From: Bacteroidales bacterium
GTDB taxonomy: Bacteria; Bacteroidota; Bacteroidia; Bacteroidales; UBA932
Reading direction: 5' to 3'
NCBI GenBank assembly: GCA_017437125.1
Contig: JAFSBV010000024.1
Span: 32,263-96,262 of the forward strand
Length of the DNA stretch: 64,000 nt
The notes under the pieces were generated by a model. It saw only the letters and a program-made list of their open reading frames with translations, searched no databases and had not been told where the DNA came from. Positions 35,643-44,803 of this stretch are shown here, one piece after another; the first letter of the stretch is position 1; the number at the start of each line of letters is the position of its first letter. The translations under genes and the position numbers were made by a program.

Positions 35643-38045
35643 ATGACTTTACACATAAGCATTGAATACAGGACAAACTGGGGCGAGGAAGTCGTTCTCT
35701 GTCTTGGTGGAAAGCGCTATCCGCTCGCGTATGTGGCTGACGGTCTCTGGAAAGGCGACATCGCAAGATTCAATCCGGAGAAGGCGGCTGAATACGGATA
35801 TGAGATCGTGCGTGAGGGCGTTACCGTGCGTACCGAGTGGAAGAAGCACAGACTTGTTCTTCCTGAAGGAGTTGAGGCTAAGGATATTACTGTAATGGAC
35901 AGATGGATCGACCGTCCGGTTGATTCTCCTTTCTATTCGTCAGCGTTTACAGGCGCGATTTTCGGCCGTAAGGCAGAGAAGGCAAAGAAGGCTCCTAAGG
36001 GTGCCAATGTCATTCTTCAGGTATCTGCACCGGCTCTCCGTCCTAATGAGGTTCTGGCACTTGCCGGAAGCGGAAAGGCTCTCAAGGAATGGACTAAGGT
36101 GGTTCCTTTCGACGGAACAGGATTCCCTGTCTGGACTCTCGCGCTTAACGTGACCGAGCCATTTGCATATAAGGTTCTCATTGCCGACAAGGAAACTCTT
36201 GCTCCTGTAGCATGGGCGGACGGAGAGAACAGATGGTTCACTGATATTCCTGAGAAGGATGAGCTTGTTGTCGAGGCGGATTTCCAGGTAAGCTTCGGCG
36301 GACGCTGCTGGAAAGGTGCCGGTACAGCTATTCCTGTATTTGCACTCCGCAGTGCTGATGATTTCGGAGTGGGCGAGTTCTACGACCTTAAGAAGATGGT
36401 TGACTGGGCTGCGGCTACAGGTCAGAGCATCCTTCAGCTTCTTCCTATCAATGATACCACCATGCTCCATACATGGGAGGATTCATATCCGTACAATCCG
36501 AACTCTACATTCGCCCTTCATCCTCAGTTCCTGCATCTTCCTGCAGTAGGAGTGAAGGTGGATGAGGAGTACAAGGCACTCCAGGCAGAGCTCAATTCCC
36601 TCGAGCAGATCGACTATGAGAGAGTGAATGCGGCAAAGCTTGAGCTTCTGAAGAAGGCGTTCGCCAAGACGTTCAAGAAGCTTTCCGCAAAGAAGGAATA
36701 TCAGCAGTTCGTAGAGAAGAACAGTCACTGGCTTCTTCCTTATGCTGCTTTCTGCGTGCTTCGTGACCTTAACGGAACTCCTGATTTCTCTCAGTGGAAA
36801 GGATATGCGAAATATAACAGGAAGAAGGTTGCTGCCTTCTGCGAGGAGCACAGAGAGGAGATAGACTTCTGGTGCTTCGTACAGTATCATCTTGATCTCC
36901 AACTTTCCGAGGTCTGCGCATATGCACATTCGAAGGGAGTCGTGTTCAAGGGTGACCTTCCTATCGGAATCAGCCGTACCAGCGTGGATGCATGGCTCTA
37001 CCCTGAGCTCTTCCATATGGATTCACAGGCAGGAGCACCACCTGATGCTTTCTCTGCTGACGGACAGAACTGGGGCTTCCCTACATATAACTGGGAAAAG
37101 ATGGCTGAGGACGGATATGCATGGTGGAAATCACGCCTTGCAAAGATGTCCGAATATTTCGATGCCTTCCGTATAGACCATATCCTCGGATTCTTCCGCA
37201 TATGGGAGATCCCTCTCTGGACAAAGAGCGGTCTCAACGGATATTTCAGCCCGGCTCTTCCTTATCCGGCACAGGAACTCCAGGATATGGGATTCGATGT
37301 GAATGATTTCGATCTCTTCCTTCAGGATCCTCGTCAGGAGGGACATTACCACCTCAAGATCGGTGCAAAGCAGACTCAGTCGTATCATTTCCTCGATGCC
37401 TACAGAAGATCTGCATATGACCGTATATATGATGACTTCTTCTATCGTCGCAACAATGAATTCTGGAAAGAGAAGGCCATGCAGAAGCTTCCTGCACTTC
37501 TCGATTCGACAGGAATGCTTGCATGTGGAGAGGATCTCGGAATGATTCCGGCTACTGTACCTCAGGTTATGGATGATCTCAGAATCCTTTCGCTCGAGAT
37601 CCAGCGTATGCCTAAGTCTGTGGAAGAGACATTCGCACATCCTGCAAATTATCCTTATCTGTCGGTATGTACCACATCTACCCACGATATGAATCCTATC
37701 CGTGCATGGTGGGAGGAGGACCGTGAGGTCACTGATCAGTTCTGGCAGATGATTCTCGGCAATCAGGGAGAGGCTCCATATTTCTGCGAGCCATGGATAT
37801 GCCGTCAGATCCTCGAGCAGCATGTATGGTCTCCGGCAATGCTGACCATCCTTCCTCTTCAGGACTGGCTTTCTATGGATCCGCAGCTTCGCCGTGAGGA
37901 TCCGAATGTCGAGCGAATCAATGTTCCTGCAAACTCACGTCATTACTGGCGTTACCGTATGCATCTGACTCTCGAGCAGCTCACTGCAGCCGATGAGTTC
38001 AACAGCACTCTCAGCGACATGATCGCTGCCAGCGGCAGAAAGTAA
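35643..38045 (+). CDS. malQ: 4-alpha-glucanotransferase (GH77) with N-terminal CBM20-like domains (800 aa)
   Basis: GTAIPVFALRS...GVGEF, QLLPINDT, KGDLPIG, FRIDHILGFFRIWEIP, CGEDLG and STHDM motifs. Confidence 0.96.
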   Translation: MTLHISIEYRTNWGEEVVLCLGGKRYPLAYVADGLWKGDIARFNPEKAAEYGYEIVREGVTVRTEWKKHRLVLPEGVEAKDITVMDRWIDRPVDSPFYSSAFTGAIFGRKAEKAKKAPKGANVILQVSAPALRPNEVLALAGSGKALKEWTKVVPFDGTGFPVWTLALNVTEPFAYKVLIADKETLAPVAWADGENRWFTDIPEKDELVVEADFQVSFGGRCWKGAGTAIPVFALRSADDFGVGEFYDLKKMVDWAAATGQSILQLLPINDTTMLHTWEDSYPYNPNSTFALHPQFLHLPAVGVKVDEEYKALQAELNSLEQIDYERVNAAKLELLKKAFAKTFKKLSAKKEYQQFVEKNSHWLLPYAAFCVLRDLNGTPDFSQWKGYAKYNRKKVAAFCEEHREEIDFWCFVQYHLDLQLSEVCAYAHSKGVVFKGDLPIGISRTSVDAWLYPELFHMDSQAGAPPDAFSADGQNWGFPTYNWEKMAEDGYAWWKSRLAKMSEYFDAFRIDHILGFFRIWEIPLWTKSGLNGYFSPALPYPAQELQDMGFDVNDFDLFLQDPRQEGHYHLKIGAKQTQSYHFLDAYRRSAYDRIYDDFFYRRNNEFWKEKAMQKLPALLDSTGMLACGEDLGMIPATVPQVMDDLRILSLEIQRMPKSVEETFAHPANYPYLSVCTTSTHDMNPIRAWWEEDREVTDQFWQMILGNQGEAPYFCEPWICRQILEQHVWSPAMLTILPLQDWLSMDPQLRREDPNVERINVPANSRHYWRYRMHLTLEQLTAADEFNSTLSDMIAASGRK

Positions 38046-38053
38046 CACAGGAC

Positions 38054-38101
38054 TATATAAAACCGGCTGGACTGCTGCAGCAGTCCAGCCGGTTTTATAT
38101 A
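38054..38101. terminator. 48-bp perfect palindrome between convergent malQ and LytTR genes (bidirectional terminator)
   Basis: TATATAAAACCGGCTGGACTGCTG|CAGCAGTCCAGCCGGTTTTATATA, with A/T runs on both sides. Confidence 0.85.
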
Positions 38102-38107
38102 AATATA

Positions 38108-38866
38108 CTACTTCTCCAGCCACTCCAGGAAGTCGTCCACACGGGAACGGCTGACGGTCATCTCGAATGACGGCTCCGGCTTGGCAACGACGCGGAGACG
38201 TCCTCCCTGCTGCTTGATTATGCTTGTTATGGACTTCATTGATATGATGCAGCTTCGGGAGATGCGGAAGAATTCATCAGGATTCAGTTCTTCGGAAATG
38301 ACATCGAGGGAACAGTCGATTATATAGCGCTTGTCATCAGAGGTAACGAGATAATTGGTCTTGTCCTCCGAATATATATATGCTATGTTGGATGTAAGAA
38401 GAGGTACGATCCTGTCGTTGAATCTGACGATATATCTTTCCTTGTATTCTTTCTTTGGATGTGTGCCGCCTCCTACAGCCTTGAGAAGAGACTCCACATC
38501 TATCTGACCTCCGCTCATCCTGCAGCGTGCTACGGCCCTTTTCAGAGCGGAAAGGTCAATGGGCTTGAGAAGATAGTCGATGCTTCCGGCCTCGAATGCC
38601 TTGAGGGCATAGCTGTCATAGGCCGTGGTCATGATGACCTTGGCCTTGATCTCCGTCTGACGGAATATTTCAAAGCATTCACCATCAGACAGTTCCACAT
38701 CCATGAAGATTATGTCTGCTACGTTGTCGGGATTCCGGAGCCACTCTACCGTACCCTTTACGGATGAAGTGTATCCGATTATTTCCATGTCTGGAAAGTT
38801 CTGTGTCAGAACTCGTGTAAGGCTCTTCTGAGCCATGATCTCATCTTCAACTATCAGGACCTTCAT
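38108..38866 (-). CDS. LytR/AlgR family response regulator (REC + LytTR; 252 aa)
   Basis: VEDE, IFMDVELSDG, TTAYD, DYLLKP receiver motifs; FFRISRSCII LytTR motif. Confidence 0.95.
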   Translation of the reverse strand: MKVLIVEDEIMAQKSLTRVLTQNFPDMEIIGYTSSVKGTVEWLRNPDNVADIIFMDVELSDGECFEIFRQTEIKAKVIMTTAYDSYALKAFEAGSIDYLLKPIDLSALKRAVARCRMSGGQIDVESLLKAVGGGTHPKKEYKERYIVRFNDRIVPLLTSNIAYIYSEDKTNYLVTSDDKRYIIDCSLDVISEELNPDEFFRISRSCIISMKSITSIIKQQGGRLRVVAKPEPSFEMTVSRSRVDDFLEWLEK

Positions 38867-38870
38867 AACT

Positions 38871-40217
38871 TCAGATTAAAGGTAAGGTTACACTATATGA
38901 TTCCTCTGTTTTCACGATTTCTATCTCTTTGCCTGTCAGATCCTTGTACATCTGTCTGATGTAGGTCTGTCCAAGACCGGTGGAGGTTGTTCTGGTAACT
39001 TTAGGGATAATGTTGTTAGTTACTGTGATACTGTCTTCAGAAGCCTTGATGCCGATTGTCAGTATGTTGTCAATGCTTACTGCATTGTGCTTGGTCGCAT
39101 TCTCCAGGAGCAGCTGCAGCGAGCATGAAAGTACAAGCTTGTTCAGACTCTCCTCAGGGACTTCAAGTCTGACCTCGAATCCTGACGGAAACCTCTCCTT
39201 CAGCAGATCCACATAAAGCCTTACAAATTCGAGTTCGTCGCGGAGAGGAACTACGATCTCATCCTCGCTTTTGATCATATAACGGTATATTCCGGCAAGT
39301 TTGTGGGTATATGTGCTTGCCCTGTCTGTCTTTTCTTCACATATCAGGCAGTCCAGTATGTTTAACGAGTTGAACAGGAAATGCGGATTTACCTGATGCT
39401 TCAGCTTTATATACCGATATTGTGCCATATTGGCTTTTTCCCTTTCTTCCTGCATTTCATTACGGGCTGTAATTGCGTAGTTTATTACATATACTATGCA
39501 GTACAAGGTTATCTGGGTAACCAGTGATACAATGAAGACAAGGATGAAATTATCTTCCTCCATTCCTACCAGAAAAGACTCCAATATGGTGGCCAGCACC
39601 ATGAAGCTTGAATAGATGACTATCGTGCTGAATGTTGATGCGGATTTGCTTCGTGTCGATATTGACCTGATGAACATGATATTGACACATACGAGGATGA
39701 TAAGAGAAAATGAATTGGTCATCACATTTCCGATGACTTCATATAACATGTCCGTATCAAAAACAGAACCTGACAGGAAAAGGACAATGAAAAGTCTCAT
39801 GATGAATATTCCGGAGGCTATAAGCAGAATCCACTTCAGATATTGAGTGGAATCAAGATCTTCCGGCTTTTCCCCTTTCTGGAAGATATTGGCTATGGCT
39901 ACGATGCACCATCCAAGAATCTCTGTAGTGACGGCCGTAGATATGCAGTGGACTGCATATTCTGAATGTATGAATGATTGCAGAAGGCGCGCTCCGAAAG
40001 TACCGAGCAGAAAGCCCAGGATGTTCGTTATGATCACTATTGCTGCCGTGAACTCTATCTTCAGTCCTTTCTTCATGCAGATTATGAGGGCCAGAGCCAT
40101 TGTAAGGATGGTGAGAAGGAGTTCGTCGGCTATTCCTGCAAAACGACAGCTCAGAGCTGTTACTGCATGAAGCAGGGCAAATATATGTATGATCCAGTAT
40201 AACCTTATGGATTTCAT
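38871..40217 (-). CDS. LytS-type membrane sensor histidine kinase (448 aa)
   Basis: Start moved to 40217. Multi-TM N-terminus, LKHQVNPHFLFNSLN and LQLLLENATKHN motifs. Confidence 0.92.
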   Translation of the reverse strand: MKSIRLYWIIHIFALLHAVTALSCRFAGIADELLLTILTMALALIICMKKGLKIEFTAAIVIITNILGFLLGTFGARLLQSFIHSEYAVHCISTAVTTEILGWCIVAIANIFQKGEKPEDLDSTQYLKWILLIASGIFIMRLFIVLFLSGSVFDTDMLYEVIGNVMTNSFSLIILVCVNIMFIRSISTRSKSASTFSTIVIYSSFMVLATILESFLVGMEEDNFILVFIVSLVTQITLYCIVYVINYAITARNEMQEEREKANMAQYRYIKLKHQVNPHFLFNSLNILDCLICEEKTDRASTYTHKLAGIYRYMIKSEDEIVVPLRDELEFVRLYVDLLKERFPSGFEVRLEVPEESLNKLVLSCSLQLLLENATKHNAVSIDNILTIGIKASEDSITVTNNIIPKVTRTTSTGLGQTYIRQMYKDLTGKEIEIVKTEESYSVTLPLI

Positions 40218-40286
40218 GGCTTTCAGTGATATTGGAAATGTCGGTCCGAAGATAAGAATTTTGCTTCTATTATCCAATTTTATGCT

Positions 40287-40338
40287 TTCGTTCGTCGGAA
40301 AAAACCGGCAGTTCATCATTAACTTCCTACAATTCGTC
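40287..40338 (+). promoter_or_regulatory. Three LytTR-type direct repeats at exact 21-bp period
   Basis: TTCGTTCGT (40287), GCAGTTCAT (40308) and ACAATTCGT (40329), each followed by C and each within about one mismatch of the LytTR consensus [TA][AC][CA]GTTN[AG][TG]. Confidence 0.7.
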
Positions 40339-40423
40339 AGAGACAGGTCGCGCGTCTTATATATAATGATTATTTTCGCATACTTGTATTTACATTAGAA
40401 TTAGTAACCAAAAACGCGATAAA

Positions 40424-41731
40424 ATGCAAAAAGCGAAACTTACATTCTGGCAGATGTGGAATATCAGCTTCGGATTTTTCGGAGTCCAGATCGCATATTC
40501 CCTTCAGAATGCCAATATCAGCCGCATCTTTGCGACTTTGGGAGCCGATCCTCATGATCTGAGCTTCTTCTGGATTCTTCCACCGCTCATGGGTCTTATC
40601 GTACAGCCTCTGGTAGGCAAGTACAGCGACAGGACATGGACCCGCCTCGGAAGACGTATCCCTTATCTTTTCCTCGGCTCCATAATCGCTATTCTTGTGA
40701 TGTGCATGCTTCCTAACGCAGGAAACTTCGGTCTTGCCGTAAGCGGAGCGATGGTATTCGGACTCATCTCGCTCATGCTTCTTGACACATCTATCAATGT
40801 TGCCATGCAGCCGTTCAAGATGCTTGTAGGCGACATGGTGAACGAGGAGCAGAAAGGTCAGGCATATTCGATCCAGAGCTTCCTCTGCAATGCCGGAAGT
40901 CTCGTGGGATATCTTTTCCCGTTCATCTTCGCATGGTTCGGAATCGCTAACATCGCCCCTGAAGGACAGGTGCCTGATACAGTTAAATATGCATTCTACA
41001 TCGGTGCAGCCATACTTATCCTCTGCGTTCTCTTCACTACTTTCAAGGTGAAGGAGATGCCTCCGAAGGAATATGCCGAGTTCCACGGCATAGATCCGGA
41101 CAAGAAGGAGGAGAAGGCTCCAGGAATGCTTACACTTCTCAAGCACGCACCTAAGACATTCTGGACTGTCGGTATCGTACAGTTCTTCTGCTGGGCGGCC
41201 TTCCTTTACATGTGGACTTATACCAACGGTGCTATCGCCGACACAGTATGGGGAACTACAGACGTTGCTTCCGAGGGATATCAGACCGCAGGAAACTGGG
41301 TAGGTGTCCTCTTTGCTGTACAGGCTGTAGGCTCTATGCTTTGGGCTCTTGTGATTCCTAAGTTCAAGGATATCAAGGTCGCATACGTGATCAGCCTCCT
41401 CATAGGTGCTGTCGGATTCGCATCCGTGTTCTTCATCCATAACCAGTATGCGCTTATCGCATCGTTCCTCCTTATCGGAGCTGCCTGGGCCGCAATGCTG
41501 GCTGTGCCTTTCACACTTCTTACAAACTCACTCTCAGGCGACCATATCGGTACTTATCTCGGTCTCTTCAACGGTACCATCTGCCTTCCGCAGATCGCTG
41601 CCGCTGCTTGCGGAGGACTTGTACTCAAGATGGTCGGTGGAGCTCAGGTGAGCATGTTCCTCGTTGCAGGCGTGCTGCTGGTTCTCGGAGCTCTTTCTGT
41701 GCGTTTCGTGAAAGATGAAAAGAAAGCATAA
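40424..41731 (+). CDS. MFS sugar transporter, SLC45/GPH-like maltose/sucrose type (435 aa)
   Basis: WNISFGFFGVQIAY.LQ, VQPLVGKYSDRTWTRLGRRIPY and YLGLFNGTICLPQI motifs. Confidence 0.9.
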   Translation: MQKAKLTFWQMWNISFGFFGVQIAYSLQNANISRIFATLGADPHDLSFFWILPPLMGLIVQPLVGKYSDRTWTRLGRRIPYLFLGSIIAILVMCMLPNAGNFGLAVSGAMVFGLISLMLLDTSINVAMQPFKMLVGDMVNEEQKGQAYSIQSFLCNAGSLVGYLFPFIFAWFGIANIAPEGQVPDTVKYAFYIGAAILILCVLFTTFKVKEMPPKEYAEFHGIDPDKKEEKAPGMLTLLKHAPKTFWTVGIVQFFCWAAFLYMWTYTNGAIADTVWGTTDVASEGYQTAGNWVGVLFAVQAVGSMLWALVIPKFKDIKVAYVISLLIGAVGFASVFFIHNQYALIASFLLIGAAWAAMLAVPFTLLTNSLSGDHIGTYLGLFNGTICLPQIAAAACGGLVLKMVGGAQVSMFLVAGVLLVLGALSVRFVKDEKKA

Positions 41732-41791
41732 TCCATTGATTTACAATCAAGTTTAATTATAAAACAATCTACTAACCAAACTAAATTCTTT

Positions 41792-44785
41792 ATGAATAGA
41801 ATCATGACGCTATGCGCATCCTTCCTGCTCTCATGCATTATGGGTGCGTCTGTATTCGCCCAGGGCGGATACGAGGTGAAAGGAGTAGTTGTTGACGCAA
41901 TCGGTCCGATCATCGGTGCAACCGTGATCGAACAGGGTACCACAAACGGTACTTCAACCGGTCTCGACGGCGACTATGTCCTTACCGTTTCAAGCGCTGA
42001 CGCAGTTGTAGAGATCAGCTGCATCGGTTATGCTTCTCAGTCATTCGTGGCATCACAGATGCCGGCAACAGTTACTCTCGGCGAGGACACTCAGTTCCTT
42101 GATGAGGTAGTCGTAATCGGTTACGGTACTGTAAAGAAGGAAGACATGACCGGTTCGGTCTCAACCGTAGAAGCAGATGAAATCAACAAGGGTATGATCA
42201 CTTCACCAGCTGACCTCCTCAAGGGTAAGTCTGCCGGTGTGGTTGTAACTCCTGGTTCAGGTGCTCCTGGTGCAGGTGCTACGATCCGTATCCGTGGTGG
42301 TTCTTCACTCAATGCAACCAACGATCCTCTCATCATCATCGACGGTCTCCCAGTGAGCAACGACGGTGTGAGCGGTATGGCGGATCCTCTTTCTTCAATC
42401 AACCCAAGCGATATCGAGTCTTTCTCAGTGCTCAAGGATGCTTCTGCAACCGCTATCTATGGTTCACGTGCGTCTAACGGTGTCATCGTGATCACAACAA
42501 AGAAGGGTGCAAAGACAAAGACAGGTGTTCCACTCATCAACTTCGATTATTCGACTTCAATCAGCCATGTAAGCGAGTATGTTGACGTGCTTTCTGCTGA
42601 CCAGCTCCGCAATCTCATGAACGAGAGAGTTTCTGCAGGTCTTCTCAACGCAGACGCAATCGCTGCTCTCGGTGATGCAAACACAAACTGGCAGAAAGAG
42701 ATCTATCAGATCGCAAACACACATGATGCAAACCTTTCAGTTTCAGGTCGCGTAGGTCTTGGCAAGGACATCATCCTTCCTTACCGTGTTTCTGGTGGAT
42801 TCATGTCTCAGGAGGGTGTACTCATGACTGACAAGATGGACAGAGGAACAGTTTCATTGAACCTCACTCCGCAGTTCTTTGAGAACCACCTTACTGTAAG
42901 CCTCAATGGAAAGGGCGTGTTCACAGCAAATAACTTCGCAAACCAGGGCGCTATCGGACAGGCTGTCCGCATGAACCCTACACATCCTGTTTATGACGCT
43001 GAAAACGGTATCGCAGGATACTATGTTCACCGTGACGGTGCAGGTAACATCAATACAATGGCCGTACAGAACCCTGTTGCGATGATCACTCAGAAGCAGG
43101 ATCAGAGCCACGCTGCACGTTTCATCGGTAACGCTCAGTTCGACTATAAGTTCCATGGTTTCGAGGATCTCCGTTTCAACCTCAACCTCGGTATGGACTA
43201 CGCCAAGTCAGGCGGATTCACAGAGTCACCAGTAGGCTCTGAGCAGTCATACCACGACACAGCTCAGTCTGGTTCAGGTTACCACAGCGACTATACTTAC
43301 GAGCGTATGGACAAGACTCTCGAGGCATATCTCGCTTACAACAAGGATTTCGCCGGCGGACATCATTTCGATGCAATGGCAGGTTACTCTTGGCAGCAGT
43401 TCTACTACAAGTCAACCAACAAGTCTTGGAAGCTTTCTGATAATGCCATTCTCGGTGAGAGCAAGCCTGCAGGAGAACTCTTCCTCGTTTCATTCTTCGG
43501 TCGTGTAAACTATACATACGACAACCGTTACATGGTAACAGCTACTCTCCGTCGTGACGGTACTTCACGTTTCTCAAACAACAAGTGGGGTCTCTTCCCT
43601 TCAGTCGCTCTCGGTTGGAACATCAGCAATGAGGACTTCCTCAAGGACAACGAGGTTCTTACAACTCTCAAGCTCCGTGCTTCATGGGGTCAGACCGGAC
43701 AGCAGGGCGTAGGTGGATACTATGACACTCAGGCTACATATTACACCAACCTCCTCGGTTCATACTACTACTTCGGCGGCAGCCTTGTAAACCCTCTTAC
43801 AGCTCTCGGTTACAACGCTGACCTCAAGTGGGAGACAACTACTACTTACAACGTAGGTTTCGACTTCGGTTTCCTCAACGACCGTATCACAGCAGGTCTC
43901 GACGCTTACTGGCGTGAGACTACAGACATGATCAACTACATTCCTGTACCGGCTCTCGGTAACCTCACCAACTACCTCAACTCAAATATCGGTAGCCTCG
44001 TGAACAAGGGTATCGAGTTCGACGTGAATGCAATGGCGATCGATACAAAGGACTGGACATGGTCTATCGGTGCGAACGTTTCTTACAACAACACAGTGAT
44101 CACCAAGCTTACAGCTTCTCCTAACGACAAGACAGGAGTCGAGACTGGTGGTATCTCAGGTGGTGTAGGTAACAACATCCAGATGCATCAGGTGGGATAT
44201 GCTCCTTCTTCATTCTATGTTTACCAGCAGGTTTACGACCAGGACGGCCGTCCTATGGAAGGTGTATATGTTGACCGTGACGGAAACGGCGTGATCAATG
44301 CAGATGACAAGTATTTCTTCCACAAGCCTGCAGCTGACTTCACAATGGGTCTCAACACAACTCTCACTTACAAGAACTGGACACTCGCTGCTTCAGGTCA
44401 CGGTAGCTTCGGCAACTGGATCTATAACAACGTAGCTTCTGACGGTGAGATGCTTGCAGACCTCTGGACAAACAGCTTCACAAGCAACCGTCTTGAGTCA
44501 GCTCTCTGGTCAAACTTCAACCAGGCATGCTACCTCTCAGACTACTATATCAAGGACGCTTCATTCTTCAAGCTCGACAACGTGACTCTCGGATATACAT
44601 TCCCTAAGCTCTTCAAGTCGGACAAGCTTGACCGCGCACTTGGTCTCAACATCTATGCTACAGTTCAGAACGTAGCTACATTCACACAGTATGAGGGACT
44701 CGATCCTGAAGTATTCAGCGGTATCGACAACAACCTTTACCCACGTCCAAGAACTTACATCCTTGGTGTCAAGTTTAACTTCTAA
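41792..44785 (+). CDS. susC: SusC TonB-dependent transporter, starch-PUL type (997 aa)
   Basis: IRIRGGSSLNATNDPLIIIDG, FSVLKDASATAIYGSRASNGVIVITTKKG, C-terminal YPRPRTYILGVKFNF. Confidence 0.97.
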   Translation: MNRIMTLCASFLLSCIMGASVFAQGGYEVKGVVVDAIGPIIGATVIEQGTTNGTSTGLDGDYVLTVSSADAVVEISCIGYASQSFVASQMPATVTLGEDTQFLDEVVVIGYGTVKKEDMTGSVSTVEADEINKGMITSPADLLKGKSAGVVVTPGSGAPGAGATIRIRGGSSLNATNDPLIIIDGLPVSNDGVSGMADPLSSINPSDIESFSVLKDASATAIYGSRASNGVIVITTKKGAKTKTGVPLINFDYSTSISHVSEYVDVLSADQLRNLMNERVSAGLLNADAIAALGDANTNWQKEIYQIANTHDANLSVSGRVGLGKDIILPYRVSGGFMSQEGVLMTDKMDRGTVSLNLTPQFFENHLTVSLNGKGVFTANNFANQGAIGQAVRMNPTHPVYDAENGIAGYYVHRDGAGNINTMAVQNPVAMITQKQDQSHAARFIGNAQFDYKFHGFEDLRFNLNLGMDYAKSGGFTESPVGSEQSYHDTAQSGSGYHSDYTYERMDKTLEAYLAYNKDFAGGHHFDAMAGYSWQQFYYKSTNKSWKLSDNAILGESKPAGELFLVSFFGRVNYTYDNRYMVTATLRRDGTSRFSNNKWGLFPSVALGWNISNEDFLKDNEVLTTLKLRASWGQTGQQGVGGYYDTQATYYTNLLGSYYYFGGSLVNPLTALGYNADLKWETTTTYNVGFDFGFLNDRITAGLDAYWRETTDMINYIPVPALGNLTNYLNSNIGSLVNKGIEFDVNAMAIDTKDWTWSIGANVSYNNTVITKLTASPNDKTGVETGGISGGVGNNIQMHQVGYAPSSFYVYQQVYDQDGRPMEGVYVDRDGNGVINADDKYFFHKPAADFTMGLNTTLTYKNWTLAASGHGSFGNWIYNNVASDGEMLADLWTNSFTSNRLESALWSNFNQACYLSDYYIKDASFFKLDNVTLGYTFPKLFKSDKLDRALGLNIYATVQNVATFTQYEGLDPEVFSGIDNNLYPRPRTYILGVKFNF

Positions 44786-44803
44786 TTTAAGGGATAAGAT
44801 AAT

